From the NCBI GenBank assembly GCA_020184695.1, contig JAANOX010000080.1:62001-126000 (forward strand): 64,000 bases of DNA. The letters run 5' to 3'. Both the position numbers and the translations under genes were made by a program. The notes under the pieces were generated by a model, which had not been told where the DNA came from, searched no databases, and saw only the letters and a program-made list of their open reading frames with translations. Of this stretch, positions 33,601 through 44,440 are shown piece by piece. Numbering within the stretch: the stretch's first letter is position 1; every line of letters begins with the position of its first letter. This stretch comes from Histomonas meleagridis 2922-C6/04-290x (Eukaryota; Protista; Parabasalia).

Positions 33601-34401
33601 AGTATTAAATAGTGATTTCTTCCGAAATTCACTGATAGGTAAAATTTCCCTCCACGAAAAAAATTACCTTTGAGGTTACTTGGGAAAAATCTTTTTTTTT
33701 TAATCGATTTTCTAGTATGAAATTAATTCTTTTAAATAATTTTTTATACACATGATTAGCATCGGCTAAACTACGTATTGATAATATTTAATTGAATTTT
33801 TATTGACAGCAATTTGATATTCATTACATAAATTAGTGTTATCCAATATGTTATGTCATTTTTAGAAGTTTATTATCAATTGTTTAATCAATAAATAAAA
33901 TTTATATATATTGGTTCTGCCTGTGAATCAGTATATTTTCATTCAAATTCTCTCTGGTTTTTTTACAACAAGAAATTACCATTTGTCCAATCAAAGATCT
34001 ATCAAAATCTATCGGGAAAGACGATACATTCAATTCCTATCAAATATTGATCATTCATTTCTGATGTTACAAAAATATATATGGATAAAAAAAGTGAAAT
34101 TTAGAACTCCATGAAAAAAATCTTAAAATTTGCTTGCGTTTCCAGATATACCCAAACAAAGGGTAATTAAATCATATATGTAATTTATTATAAACTCTAT
34201 TATTCATAGAGATGAGGTGGATCATTTGGATTTAGGATGATTTTTGGTTCGAACATATTTCAAACAAATTTTTACAACTGAATGTTAAATAAAAATCAAT
34301 AAAACTTTTTTGAAAATTTGAATATGTAGTGCCATTCTAAATTCTATGAAATAAGAAAAAACTATTTAATATTTATGCGATTTTAGGTAAAAAATTATAT
34401 A

Positions 34402-34884
34402 CAGTGTTTCCAAAAACGATAGGTCAGTGAAGTGAATGTAAAATTTGTATTTATATCGAAAAGGAATAACTTTTTGAGAAAAGGTGACTCGTCTTTTTTA
34501 TAAAAATTTATTCATTCAATTTCAATATCCATTTGGGGGACTCCCATTTTCAGTCACATTTTTCGCAATCCTACAAAGTCCAGCCCTTCTATCTTCTGTG
34601 ATTAATCTGATTACTTCTTCTTCAAGCTCTTTAGTTCGTTTCGTTGGTGCACCAATTTTGTTCTTTAATAAAAACATATTATCACCTTGTTCGATTTGCA
34701 TTTTTACTTTACGAATTAAATCACGTCCATGGCCAGTCAATTGGCTTATTTGAGAAATGTTTTTTCCATCATATAAATGATGAATGATTTCCATTCTGCC
34801 ATTGACCATTAACATCAGCATATGATTCATTGTGGTCACGCCATAACCGTCGTATCGACTGACCTATCGTTTTTGGAAACACTG
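34402..34884 (-). mobile_element. Tc1/mariner-superfamily non-autonomous deletion derivative, 483 bp
   Basis: Perfect 27-bp TIRs CAGTGTTTCCAAAAACGATAGGTCAGT (34402-34428 and 34858-34884) and TA target duplications (34400-34401, 34885-34886). The internal ORF 34522-34839 encodes an HTH-like transposase N-terminus (NISQISQLTGHGRDLIRKV...GAPTK); no DDE domain. Confidence 0.93.
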
Positions 34885-35230
34885 TATTATATATGGTCCT
34901 GCATTTTTTTATCTACACAACAGTTATTCTCAATATATAATAATATTCGAAAATGGATATATCTATAGTTTTCCGGAAATTACTTTTTGTTCTTGTAAAT
35001 AAATTATGTAACGAGAAATTTTGAATTTTTTCCAAAAAATCTTCGATTTTTTCAAGTAAACCTCAGAAAAATTAACGTACAAAATTTTACGAGTAAACTC
35101 TAAGCATGTTTATCAAATTTTTGTGTTTTAAATGGACAACGTTAAAAAGAATTCTGTGTTATTTGATCGGCATTGATAGCGAAAATTAATTTACCCAATA
35201 ATAACAAAAAAAATAGGTTCCAAATTGGCT

Positions 35231-35665
35231 TTAGAATTTGAGTGGCTTGAACAACCATGACATCTTGCCATTGAGATACTTCTGGCGAAGAACTTTTGTG
35301 ATTGCTTGAAGTTCAGCCTTCTTTTGTTCAGTGTCTTCCATAGACTTGATGACTTGGTCTGGTTTGACCTTGTTCCAGAAGTCTTCGTCTTTCATCATAT
35401 GACGTGTAAGAAGAAGATGGTTGAAGTTAACAGTCTTGACAAAAACTTTGATTTGAGTACGCTTGACAAGGGTCTTTTGTGGCATATCCTTTGTAAGCTT
35501 CTTTGGTGATTTTTGGATTCCTAAAACAACTGCATGTGGATATTTACGTGCTTCAGTTGGTTCTGGATATGCTTGTAAAACTATGGCCTTTTTTCCTGCA
35601 TGGCGGCCATTGAGAAGGATGACAAAACGACCTGGTTGAAGAAGTGTCTTGTTTGGTGCAGACAT
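35231..35665 (-). CDS. RPL27: 60S ribosomal protein L27 (eL27)
   Basis: PGRFVILLNGRHAGKKAIV...YPHAVVLGI...IKVFVKTVNFNHLLLTR...WLFKPLKF; M3/M5 motifs at 35674-35689. Confidence 0.97.
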   Translation of the reverse strand: MSAPNKTLLQPGRFVILLNGRHAGKKAIVLQAYPEPTEARKYPHAVVLGIQKSPKKLTKDMPQKTLVKRTQIKVFVKTVNFNHLLLTRHMMKDEDFWNKVKPDQVIKSMEDTEQKKAELQAITKVLRQKYLNGKMSWLFKPLKF

Positions 35666-35704
35666 TCCAAAAGAAAGGCCATAACCGTTTAAAAAGTGTC
35701 AAAA

Positions 35705-35750
35705 GTGAGCAAAAAGTTTTTTGTGAGCAAAAAGTTTTTTGTGAACAAAA
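35705..35750 (+). repeat. 18-bp tandem repeat x2.6 (GTGAGCAAAAAGTTTTTT)
   Basis: Units start at 35705, 35723 and 35741, between the RPL27 promoter and the tRNA-Thr 3' end. Confidence 0.85.
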
Positions 35751-35761
35751 AATAAAAAAAA

Positions 35762-35834
35762 TGCTTCTGGCGAGAGTCGAACTCGCGACCTTCCGCTTAC
35801 TAGGCGAACGCTATAACCACTAGGCTACAGAAGC
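35762..35834 (-). tRNA. tRNA-Thr(AGT)
   Basis: GCTTCTG/CAGAAGC acceptor stem, anticodon arm TTCGC CT-AGT-AA GCGGA, T-arm GCGAG TTCGACT CTCGC. Confidence 0.95.
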
Positions 35835-35930
35835 TTACATTTTTCTATTAATTGATTGATTAACATTATTTATTTCAATACATATAATAACGAACTTTGG
35901 AGCAACTTCACTAATGCATTCGTTATTTTA

Positions 35931-37259
35931 ATGAAGGAGATTTCTGATGGTTTTTATGAGGATGATTCTCAAATGCAAAGAATAAAAAACAACTTACTAT
36001 TACGTTTTAACAATAAAAAAAGCTCAGTTAAAAAAAGTTCATATATTCATCCACATAATTGGCAATTATGTATCGATTCTCTCATTGGATCAATTCAATC
36101 ACAAAACTTAGAAATGGCCATTAACTCCTTAAAGAATGCAACTCATATTTTAAGCGAAATGAAATGCCAAGTTTCTCCATCGGATATTCAAATTATTCAA
36201 TCATCGCAAATTTTGGAAATCATTAAAACTATTTTGCCAACGGATAATTATCCTCTTATTTTTCACATTGTTCAACTTCTTACATTTTTATCATCGTTTC
36301 AAGGAGATTCATTTATACCCTATATTAATTCCCAAGATCTCTTTACTTATTTTATTGATGTGTATAAAAGTTTCCCACCGATTGAACTCCAAAGCTGGCT
36401 TTTATTTTTCTTTGGTAATTGTCAAATTGATCCAATTTTCATTTTTGACATTTTCCCTTTTATTCTTGATTCCTTCAATAGCAACGATTCGCGTATTGTT
36501 TCTTCATTAGTTTACTTCTGTTACATGGTTTCATATTCCATTCCTGAAGAATTTGTACTTCCATTAGTTTTATCTTTTAAATCGGTTCAACTCCAACTTA
36601 TGGAAGATAGAAGTGAATTCTCAGAACTACTGCAGATATGGATCATCAAATCCATTTATCATATTTCTCGATCGGAGAGTTCACTACGAATTCTTTTAGA
36701 TAATGCAATCTCGAATTTCCTTCTTGGAGTTTTACCATTTTTGCACCCATACTTGATGATATATGCTTTGAAGGTCACACATTTAATGTTTTGCTCTTCA
36801 TCGGACGAAGATTTAGAAATTTTAACCGATCCATTTGACAGCGGTTTTTTTATTTCGTTGTTTTCCACAGAAAATTCAAAAGTCATGATTCAAAACTGTC
36901 AGATATGGCTGAAATTGATTGAATTTGATTTTGAATACATCAGAATTTTGCTTGAGTCAGATTTTGCAGAACGTTTAAGTTCCAATTTAAACATAATGAA
37001 TTTCAATGCAAAAGCCGAAATATCAAATCTGATAGCAAAAATCCTAATTTGTTGTGATAATGATGAAGCATTACAATGTTTGATTCATGAGGAAATTGTC
37101 GATTTGATCATCGACTTCGTGTCAACCGATAGCAAAGAAGTGGAACACGGTTTGGGTGCCCTGACAAAACTGTTCACGATAACAGACGATTTCCCAGAAA
37201 TACACATGCTACTGGAGCCGTTTGTTTTGGATAGTGATGAAATGTTATGTGAAAATTAA
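35931..37259 (+). CDS. ARM/HEAT-repeat protein (importin-alpha-like fold)
   Basis: Helical Leu/Ile-rich repeats; likely ATG 35931 (MKEISDG...). Confidence 0.6.
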   Translation: MKEISDGFYEDDSQMQRIKNNLLLRFNNKKSSVKKSSYIHPHNWQLCIDSLIGSIQSQNLEMAINSLKNATHILSEMKCQVSPSDIQIIQSSQILEIIKTILPTDNYPLIFHIVQLLTFLSSFQGDSFIPYINSQDLFTYFIDVYKSFPPIELQSWLLFFFGNCQIDPIFIFDIFPFILDSFNSNDSRIVSSLVYFCYMVSYSIPEEFVLPLVLSFKSVQLQLMEDRSEFSELLQIWIIKSIYHISRSESSLRILLDNAISNFLLGVLPFLHPYLMIYALKVTHLMFCSSSDEDLEILTDPFDSGFFISLFSTENSKVMIQNCQIWLKLIEFDFEYIRILLESDFAERLSSNLNIMNFNAKAEISNLIAKILICCDNDEALQCLIHEEIVDLIIDFVSTDSKEVEHGLGALTKLFTITDDFPEIHMLLEPFVLDSDEMLCEN

Positions 37260-37654
37260 CGTTGGTGTGTCACTTTTGTGGTTAACGGTTCATTTCACTG
37301 AATGAAATCATTTAGGAAAGTTTTGTTTGATAGGTTTAGTTAAAAATAAAATTTGTGCATTTCATATTCTATTTACGCATATGTTAATGTTATTTAAAAA
37401 ATTGTTCCAACAAAATATTATTTGGAGGTTCATTCCATTATTAAATTCAAATACATCTTAACAACAAAATGTATTCAGAAAAAATGATTTTGAACATATC
37501 ATAAATATGAAAAAATAATGAAGATGCTTTGATTATTTATCTGTTTTATTGACTTTATTAAACTATTTAATACATTTAAAAAATGTTTCGAATTAATTTC
37601 TTTTTTGAAATTTAAAAATCATTTTATTCATTTAAATAAAAAATAAATAAATAA

Positions 37655-38260
37655 AAAAATGAATTTATTTTGATTTATATAATAAATAAAGTCAAAATAT
37701 TCTATTTTTTATTGAGGAATCTCTATTGTTACATATTTATATCAACAATCAGCAATTTGTATATTATTACATTTTTAATTATATTCAATATTCTTTTTCA
37801 ATTTATTAAATATTTTTATAAAAGTTATTTAATTTATGATAAAAATAAACAAAATTTCAAAATATTTTTGATTTTTATGATTATATTTTTTGTTAATACA
37901 AAGCAATCATATGACGAAGAGACAAAAACACTCACAATATCTGATTCCAATGATTTTTCAAATGATTATAAGAATGATACAGAACATGTTATAATTATTG
38001 ATGTTGACGAGCTTGAAAGTGATGCATTTAGAGAATGGCCTTTATTAACAACAGTAATAATTGGAGAAACAGTTGGAAATATAAATAGTGGAGCATTTGC
38101 ATCATGTAAACAATTAAAATATGTCCAATTTCCAGATAAATTAATGAGTGGAATTGGAGGAAGTGCATTTGCAGAATGTATTTCATTAAATAATATTACA
38201 ATTCGTTGTAATACCATTGGTGGTAATGCATTTTACAAATGTATAGGACTTGAAACATAA
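37655..38260 (+). pseudogene. 5'-only truncated copy of a BspA-like LRR gene
   Basis: Near-identical to ~59290-59876; identity ends abruptly at 38256 (GGACTTGAAAC|ATAA), creating a stop. Confidence 0.88.
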
Positions 38261-39085
38261 ATGTTTATAAATATTATGATAACTTGATTTTATAAGATAC
38301 AAGAATGCGCTTCGCGCTGTCTCGCTTTGCTCCGAAAACAATAAGACATTTTTTAAATAAACTCATTGAGATATAAAATTATAAAAAAGATCAGAGTATA
38401 ATAGAAAAATATTGCGTTGAAAATTGGTTATTGTGTTAATTTCAAAGGAGCGCATGATCAAATATAGTTTGAAATACTTTGATCAACATATAGATGATGT
38501 TTTAATCGAAAATAAAATAAATTTTATATAAAAAAATGAGTGTCACACTTTCAATTTTATAATTGAAAACTATAATTTTCAAAGATCAGCGAAAAAGCCC
38601 ATAAAAGAAAAGATCAAAACATTCGGTTTGCACTGGGTCATTATTAGATACTTTCCCAAATGGGCATCTGCTATCCATAAGCATTACATTTGACCGAATT
38701 TCCTTTGAAAATGAGATTTTGTAAGCACTTTTTAATATTCTTGTCAAAAAATCAATTGATCTTTAAGAAGATCGGCACAAAAAAAAATTCAAAAACAAAA
38801 ATACTTCTCCATATTTTCGTGTTTTAGTAATATACATCATGTGAGTTTTATATGTATAATTTTTTGAAATTATTTGATCAAAAATAACAAAATGAAAAAA
38901 AAACCCCTCCTCGAGCCTATCTTCACGAAATCGTCCATAGATGATAGCTGATGAGTTTAATTCTTTAAAAGTAAGAATCGGTAGCAAAGTTACGTAACTC
39001 AATTTTTTTAATTTTTAACGTCTGACGCTGTCACTTTTTCTCATTCTCAAAAAGAAGAGACACCCAAAAGTGACAGTGTCATCCG

Positions 39086-39673
39086 ATGTCCGAGCTAAAG
39101 AACAAAATTGTAATGCTTGGTGATACCGGTGTTGGAAAAACATCTCTTGTCAAAAGGTGGGTGAGCAATGCCTACAGGCCAGATCAGCAACCAACGATTG
39201 GTGCAGCATATTCTCAAAATATTGTAACTATTGATAATGTTAAATATAAGATCCAAGTATGGGATACAGCTGGAGAAGAAAAGTACAGGTCAATGGCACC
39301 AATTTATTGCCAAGGAGCATTTGGTGCAATGATTGTTTTTGATTTCACTTCAAAAGAATCATTCGAGAATATAGGCAATTGGGTTACCTGCCTTGATGCT
39401 AACGGAAACATTCCAATAGTTGTATGTGGAAACAAGATGGATTTACTTGCTGATAATGAAAATAAATTAATGGACTCTTGCCAAAAAGTGAACGAAATGG
39501 GTTATACATTTTTTGCCACAAGTGCATCTACAGGTGACAATGTTGAAGAGGCTTTCATGGAACTTATTAAGCAAGCAATCGAACATCGTAAGACAGAATC
39601 GGAAACAGAAACCAAACCTGTCACACAAGACTTAACCCAAACTACTGAACAAAAGCCTGGATGCAACTGCTAA
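39086..39673 (+). CDS. Rab-family small GTPase
   Basis: [30 protein letters not shown] and C-terminal CNC prenylation motif. Confidence 0.95.
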   Translation: MSELKNKIVMLGDTGVGKTSLVKRWVSNAYRPDQQPTIGAAYSQNIVTIDNVKYKIQVWDTAGEEKYRSMAPIYCQGAFGAMIVFDFTSKESFENIGNWVTCLDANGNIPIVVCGNKMDLLADNENKLMDSCQKVNEMGYTFFATSASTGDNVEEAFMELIKQAIEHRKTESETETKPVTQDLTQTTEQKPGCNC

Positions 39674-39770
39674 TTTATTGAAACTTCTAAATTTACAATA
39701 TAAAAAAATCGGTTTTAATCGTCAAAAACTTTTTGAGAGAATTTTGCGGTTTTGGTCGCCCTTTTGTTGG

Positions 39771-40049
39771 ATGGCTCGTCGCACTAAGAAAGTTGGAATC
39801 GTCGGGAAATATGGTGTTCGCTATGGTGCCTCCCTCCGTAAAACAATTAAAAAGATCGAAATTTCACAACGCAAGAAATATCCATGCCCATTCTGTGGCA
39901 AGACATCTGTTAGAAGAACAGTTGTTGGTATTTGGAAATGCCAAAAATGTGGAAAGGCAACAACAGGTGGTGCTTACATTCCTTCAACACCAGCTGCTCT
40001 CACAGCTCGTGCTGCAATCAAACGTCTCCGTGAAGCTCAAGCAAAGTAA
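39771..40049 (+). CDS. RPL37A: 60S ribosomal protein L37a (eL43)
   Basis: [24 protein letters not shown]...CPFCGK...GIWKCQKC. True ATG at 39771 after GCGGTTT (M3) and CCTTT (M5). Confidence 0.97.
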   Translation: MARRTKKVGIVGKYGVRYGASLRKTIKKIEISQRKKYPCPFCGKTSVRRTVVGIWKCQKCGKATTGGAYIPSTPAALTARAAIKRLREAQAK

Positions 40050-40497
40050 ACTGAATAAAGATCATTTGCCATAGTTTTAATCATAGTCTTCCAGTTCTTT
40101 CTTATCTATTATTAAATTAAATAATCACTATATGCATTCACTAAAAGTATCAATCTATATAAATACAAAAGAGTAAAAACATTTAGGCGCATTGCTTGTT
40201 AGAAGCTTTCGTTCTTATTGTTTACGTAAATATTCTTAAAGATGATATGTTTGGATTTGAAATGTATTTACCAAATTCAAACTGTAAAATGTAGAAAATT
40301 TTCATAATGAATTGTGGACATGGATCTCACAGGAAAAGATAATTTTTCCAAATAAATCTTTTTAATCATAAGTGTATTCTTATTTTTATAGATTTATATT
40401 CCTGCAATGATTTATGAAAATATATAAAAAACATAATGTAAATGTTATGGGATGTTTATCAAAGTATAAAATTATTGAAAAGGAATTATCCCTTATT

Positions 40498-41520
40498 TTA
40501 TTGGGTTATTCCTTTTGCTTTTTTTTCAATTAATTTTACTATTTCTGAGTTGCCTTTTGAAATTGCTGCATCTAATGCTGTTTGAAATAATTAGAATAAT
40601 TTCCAAAAATTCTTTTTAAATATCGAATAATAAAAATAAATATTTTGTAAAATTCAAGAATATTTTTAATATTAATATCAATTTCATCAATATCAAGAAG
40701 CAATTTCACTATTTTTATATCTTTAAAAGATGCTAAGATAAGTGCTGTATTAAATAATTAATACAAATTCCTAATATTACTTTGAAACATAAAATTATGG
40801 AAATAAATATTAAATAAATAATATAAAAATTCGTATTATTGACATTGATTCCATTTTGCTTAAGAAGTAATTTAACTATTTCAATATGATCAAATTTCGA
40901 CCCAAACATAAGAGCTGTCCAAAATAACATAAACAATTTCCAAAAATTAAAAAGTAACAAAATATAATTAAAATGAATAGCAAAAGAAATAAAAAAATAT
41001 TTTGTGTATTGATATCAATTCCTTCTTGTTCAAGTAATAACTTTACTATTTTAGTATAACCATATTTTGATGCAATTATAAGTGCTGTTTCAAATACCTA
41101 AAATATTTTCCAAATATAAATATGAAGTATGATATTAAGAAAATTTACATTAAAGAAAATGATAAAAAATTTTTTTCATTAATATCAATTCCTTCTTTTT
41201 CAAGAAGTAATTTAACAATTTCTATATTGCCATAAAATGAAACAATAGAAAGCAGCGTTTGAAATATTTTGATGATTTTCCGAATTTCATTTGGAAATAT
41301 AAAATTATTAAAATAAATCTTAAATAAAACAAATAAATATTTTTAGCATTAATATCAATTCCTTTTTGTTTAAGAAGTAATTTAACTATATCTATATGAC
41401 CATTTTTAGATGCTAAAAGAAGCACAGTCTCAAATATTTAATGATATTTTCAATTATTTTATTGAAACTCATTTCATAAAATACCACTCAAACTTATGTC
41501 AAAATTAAAAAAGGATGCAT
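40498..41520 (-). CDS. Six-repeat ankyrin gene interrupted by six 80-nt spacers (41508-41429, 41338-41259, 41168-41089, 40998-40919, 40828-40749, 40661-40582)
   Basis: ATG CAT CCT TTT|80|TVLLLASKNGHIDIVKLLLKQKGIDINAKN|80|TLLSIVSFYGNIEIVKLLLEKEGIDINEKN|80|TALIIASKYGYTKIVKLLLEQEGIDINTQN|80|TALMFGSKFDHIEIVKLLLKQNGINVNNTN|80|TALILASFKDIKIVKLLLDIDEIDINIKN|80|TALDAAISKGNSEIVKLIEKKAKGITQ*. Expression and processing are inferred, not shown. Confidence 0.75.
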
Positions 41521-41665
41521 TTTTTTTTTTTTTCAATAATTAATGTGCAACTCATTTTATATAAAATGATACAAGAAAACTTCTGAAACTTGGAATCAAA
41601 AATGCTATATGGTGTTTGTCATAGTGGCCTTATAAATCTTAAAGATAACATATTTTAATGTTTAT

Positions 41666-41908
41666 TTATTGTTTTATATACATTCTTAATGCTTCCTTTA
41701 TGTCACCATTTGCTCTTTTAATAAGTTCTATTGCTTCATTTCTTGTTAATGCACATTGTGTTTGTATGAAAGTCAAATCTGTTTGTTTTATAACAATTTC
41801 TTTTTCTTCGTGAACATCTTTCATAGAATTTAGTAGTTCTTCATTGTCTTGCGATGTTTGCTGTTCCATTGCATCTGTAACAGCAATAGTGGGAACTGGG
41901 CGTGCCAT
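41666..41908 (-). CDS. HYPK: HYPK-like (UBA-like NatA/NAC-associated protein)
   Basis: IVIKQTDLTFIQTQCALTRNEAIELIKRANGDIKEALRMYI matches the HYPK C-terminal UBA-like pattern; divergent from RPL13. Confidence 0.75.
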   Translation of the reverse strand: MARPVPTIAVTDAMEQQTSQDNEELLNSMKDVHEEKEIVIKQTDLTFIQTQCALTRNEAIELIKRANGDIKEALRMYIKQ

Positions 41909-41971
41909 CTAAAATTGAATTTGATTTGCGGTTATGTTCGGCTTTTGCGGTTTGGTCTAACCTTTGTTCGA

Positions 41972-42547
41972 ATGGTTTGCAAAAACAACAGAGTTCCAAA
42001 TGATCATCTTCGTAAGGATTGGTTCCGTCGTATTAAATTCTACTTTGATGACCCAGCCCGCAAGAAGAGGCGTCAAATTGCTAGAGCGATCCGTGCTAAG
42101 AAAATTGCACCAAGACCAGTTGAAGGCCCACTCCGCCCACTTGTTCATTGCCCAACAGTTCGTTACAATCGCAAAGTAAGGCTTGGACGTGGATTTACAG
42201 TTGAAGAAGTTAAAGCTGCTGGATTTGAACCATCACGTGCCAGATTCATGGGCATTGCCATGGACAAATTCCGTGTTCATACAAAGGATGAAATCAAACA
42301 AGCCAACATAGAACGTCTTAAGGCATATAAGGCAAAGATGGTCCGTGTTCATACAAAGACCGAGAAATTGCCAGCTGGTGAGTCAATTCCATCTCTCTTC
42401 GCACTTCCAAAGGTAGACCAAAAGGTTACATGGAGAGTTATCAAAGATGAAGAAAAGAAGGCAGAACTTTTCAAGACTAAGCAAGCTGCCCACAAAGCTT
42501 GGAGAGCATCAATAAAGGCTAAGGAAGCTGCCAAGCATAAGAAATAA
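41972..42547 (+). CDS. RPL13: 60S ribosomal protein L13 (eL13)
   Basis: MVCKNNRVPNDHLRKDW...FDDPARKKRR...APRP...LRPLVHCPTVRYNRKVRLGRGFT. True ATG 41972 after two GCGGTT and a CCTTT. Confidence 0.97.
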   Translation: MVCKNNRVPNDHLRKDWFRRIKFYFDDPARKKRRQIARAIRAKKIAPRPVEGPLRPLVHCPTVRYNRKVRLGRGFTVEEVKAAGFEPSRARFMGIAMDKFRVHTKDEIKQANIERLKAYKAKMVRVHTKTEKLPAGESIPSLFALPKVDQKVTWRVIKDEEKKAELFKTKQAAHKAWRASIKAKEAAKHKK

Positions 42548-42991
42548 TAAATAAACTTTTGGTGGTTTTATCAAAAAATAAGGGAAAACCTCTTACACAA
42601 TTTTGCTTTGCTTATTTCTTTTTACAAAAATTGATTAACCAATTTTTTATACATATATGATTCCTGAATTTTATACAAAATACCTTAATGTAAGGTTGCT
42701 TTATTAAGGGGCATCAATAAAGGTTTAACATTGGATAAGCTCGAAACCAATGAAGTTGAGCGGGAGTTATTTCAATGCTGTCAATGAAATAAAATACTCA
42801 AATTAATTCAATTTTTTGTTGGGTGATGAACTGTTGCGACTGTAAACTATTTGATTTCACTTTTTGTGAACCAGAAATTTTTTTTGAATGTATTGAAAAT
42901 AATTATTTCAATGATAAACGGTTGATCAGATAATTGTGTAAAATATGATGTAGAAAAAAAACGGTTGTTATTGTTCATTTCATTTTTCCCT

Positions 42992-44102
42992 ATGTTTGGA
43001 TTCGGAGGTGGTTTCGGAGGATTTGGAGCCGGTATAAATGCTGGCCCAATCTCAGGTGGAGCTTCATTTCAGATTGGTGGCACACGTTCAGCCCCAACTC
43101 TTTCAGTTAATATGGGTGCCTTAGGTGTAGGTTGTAACGCAAAAGATATTCCACTTTGCACACATGATTGCTATCCAGGATTATATCTTCAAGATTATTT
43201 CTATTGCAAGACATGCAAGAAAGCAATCTGTCAAAATTGTGCTGAAAATTGCCATGCTTCACATGATGTTGAATTCAACAACGAAGGCAAGAAGTTCGAA
43301 TGTGAATGTGATAAAGAAAAGAAGTGCACTTTAATTGATCATGAAAATAATACATCACATCAATCAGCTCCTCCACCAGAACCAGAACCTTGCCCTCCTC
43401 CAGCACAACAACCACCAGCTCCGGCACCACCAAAACCAACACCACCAGCCGGAAATGAAGGATTCACTATTGGTCAAGGACCAGATGGGAAGAAGCGTGT
43501 CATTAGCGATGGCGCTCACAGCCTTTCCCTTGCTAGAGCATATACTGCAGCTGGTTCCAGCAGTCCATTTGGTGGTGATCTTTACATCTACTTACAATGG
43601 ATTGGTTCTCCTGTAAGGCTTTACTGCACAAGGGTTTCAAAGCATAAAAATGAAAAATACGGCAAATATGATTATGATAGTCTTTCACCATTCTCTAAGA
43701 ATTCAGCTTGGGGCAGTCCCGTTGTGAAGTTCGAAAGCGATTTCAAAGCATTAACTGATGGCTGCGCTCTTTCTGTTGCCACAAAGTTCTTGCAAGGTCC
43801 ACGGCCACGCATCAAAGAACTCATTTACCTTTGTCGAGAAGACCGCACTTCGTTTTGTTGATGCTAAGTCAAAGGATGAAGTCGGTTTCGTCGAAACACA
43901 AATCGGAAAACCACCAGGCGGCGGCTACTATAACATTTTGTTCGGCGTTTTCGCATGCAACAAACAAGGAGAGCTGTTCTTCATCCCAGCACCTGCGTAC
44001 TTCGGAGGTAAGGATATTTATGATTGCGGACAAGACGCAATGATCAATTACGTGATCAACAACCAATTGATCCAAAAGAGCATTGGTTGGTTTACTGACT
44101 AA
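42992..44102 (+). CDS. Gly-rich N-terminus + Cys/His zinc finger (UBR/B-box-like) + Pro linker + TerD-like domain; frameshift ~43790-43850
   Basis: CTHDC...YCKTC...ICQNCAENCHASH...CECD zinc finger. The second frame NSFTFVEKTALRFVDAKSKDEVG...NILFGVF resembles TerD NFGQV.NAFIRLVD...A.IFGELY. Confidence 0.6.
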
Positions 44103-44440
44103 ACCACAACCCTAAGTCAAACGTTTCCTTATTTAGTGCCTATGTTCGAATGTGAATTTTTTTATTTTTGTATTTGTAAGCACAAAATTACTTTCAGCAC
44201 AGAGGAATTTAATATTAAATTTAATGCATTAGTTGTGTTTTAAATTAAATTGATTTTATTCATAATATGATAGAACATTATCCATAAAACAAATGATTTA
44301 CTCGTTAATGGATATATATCAAATAGTTTTAGGATGTAAATATACTTTAATCAAAGAGTTTTTGTTTGAATATTAAATTATAAGTTACAAAACTAATTTA
44401 TTTATTTTAATTTCATATAATTTATTAATATATATAATAT

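Noticed and set aside
38590-39002. 79-aa minus-strand ORF plus downstream coding-like fragments
   Set aside because: No recognisable domain and several stops; cannot be supported as a gene.
40733-41425. ORF-track ORFs 40733-40960 and 41222-41425 (also 49795-50055, 51296-51502) as standalone genes
   Set aside because: Each is one ankyrin block read through into spacer sequence.
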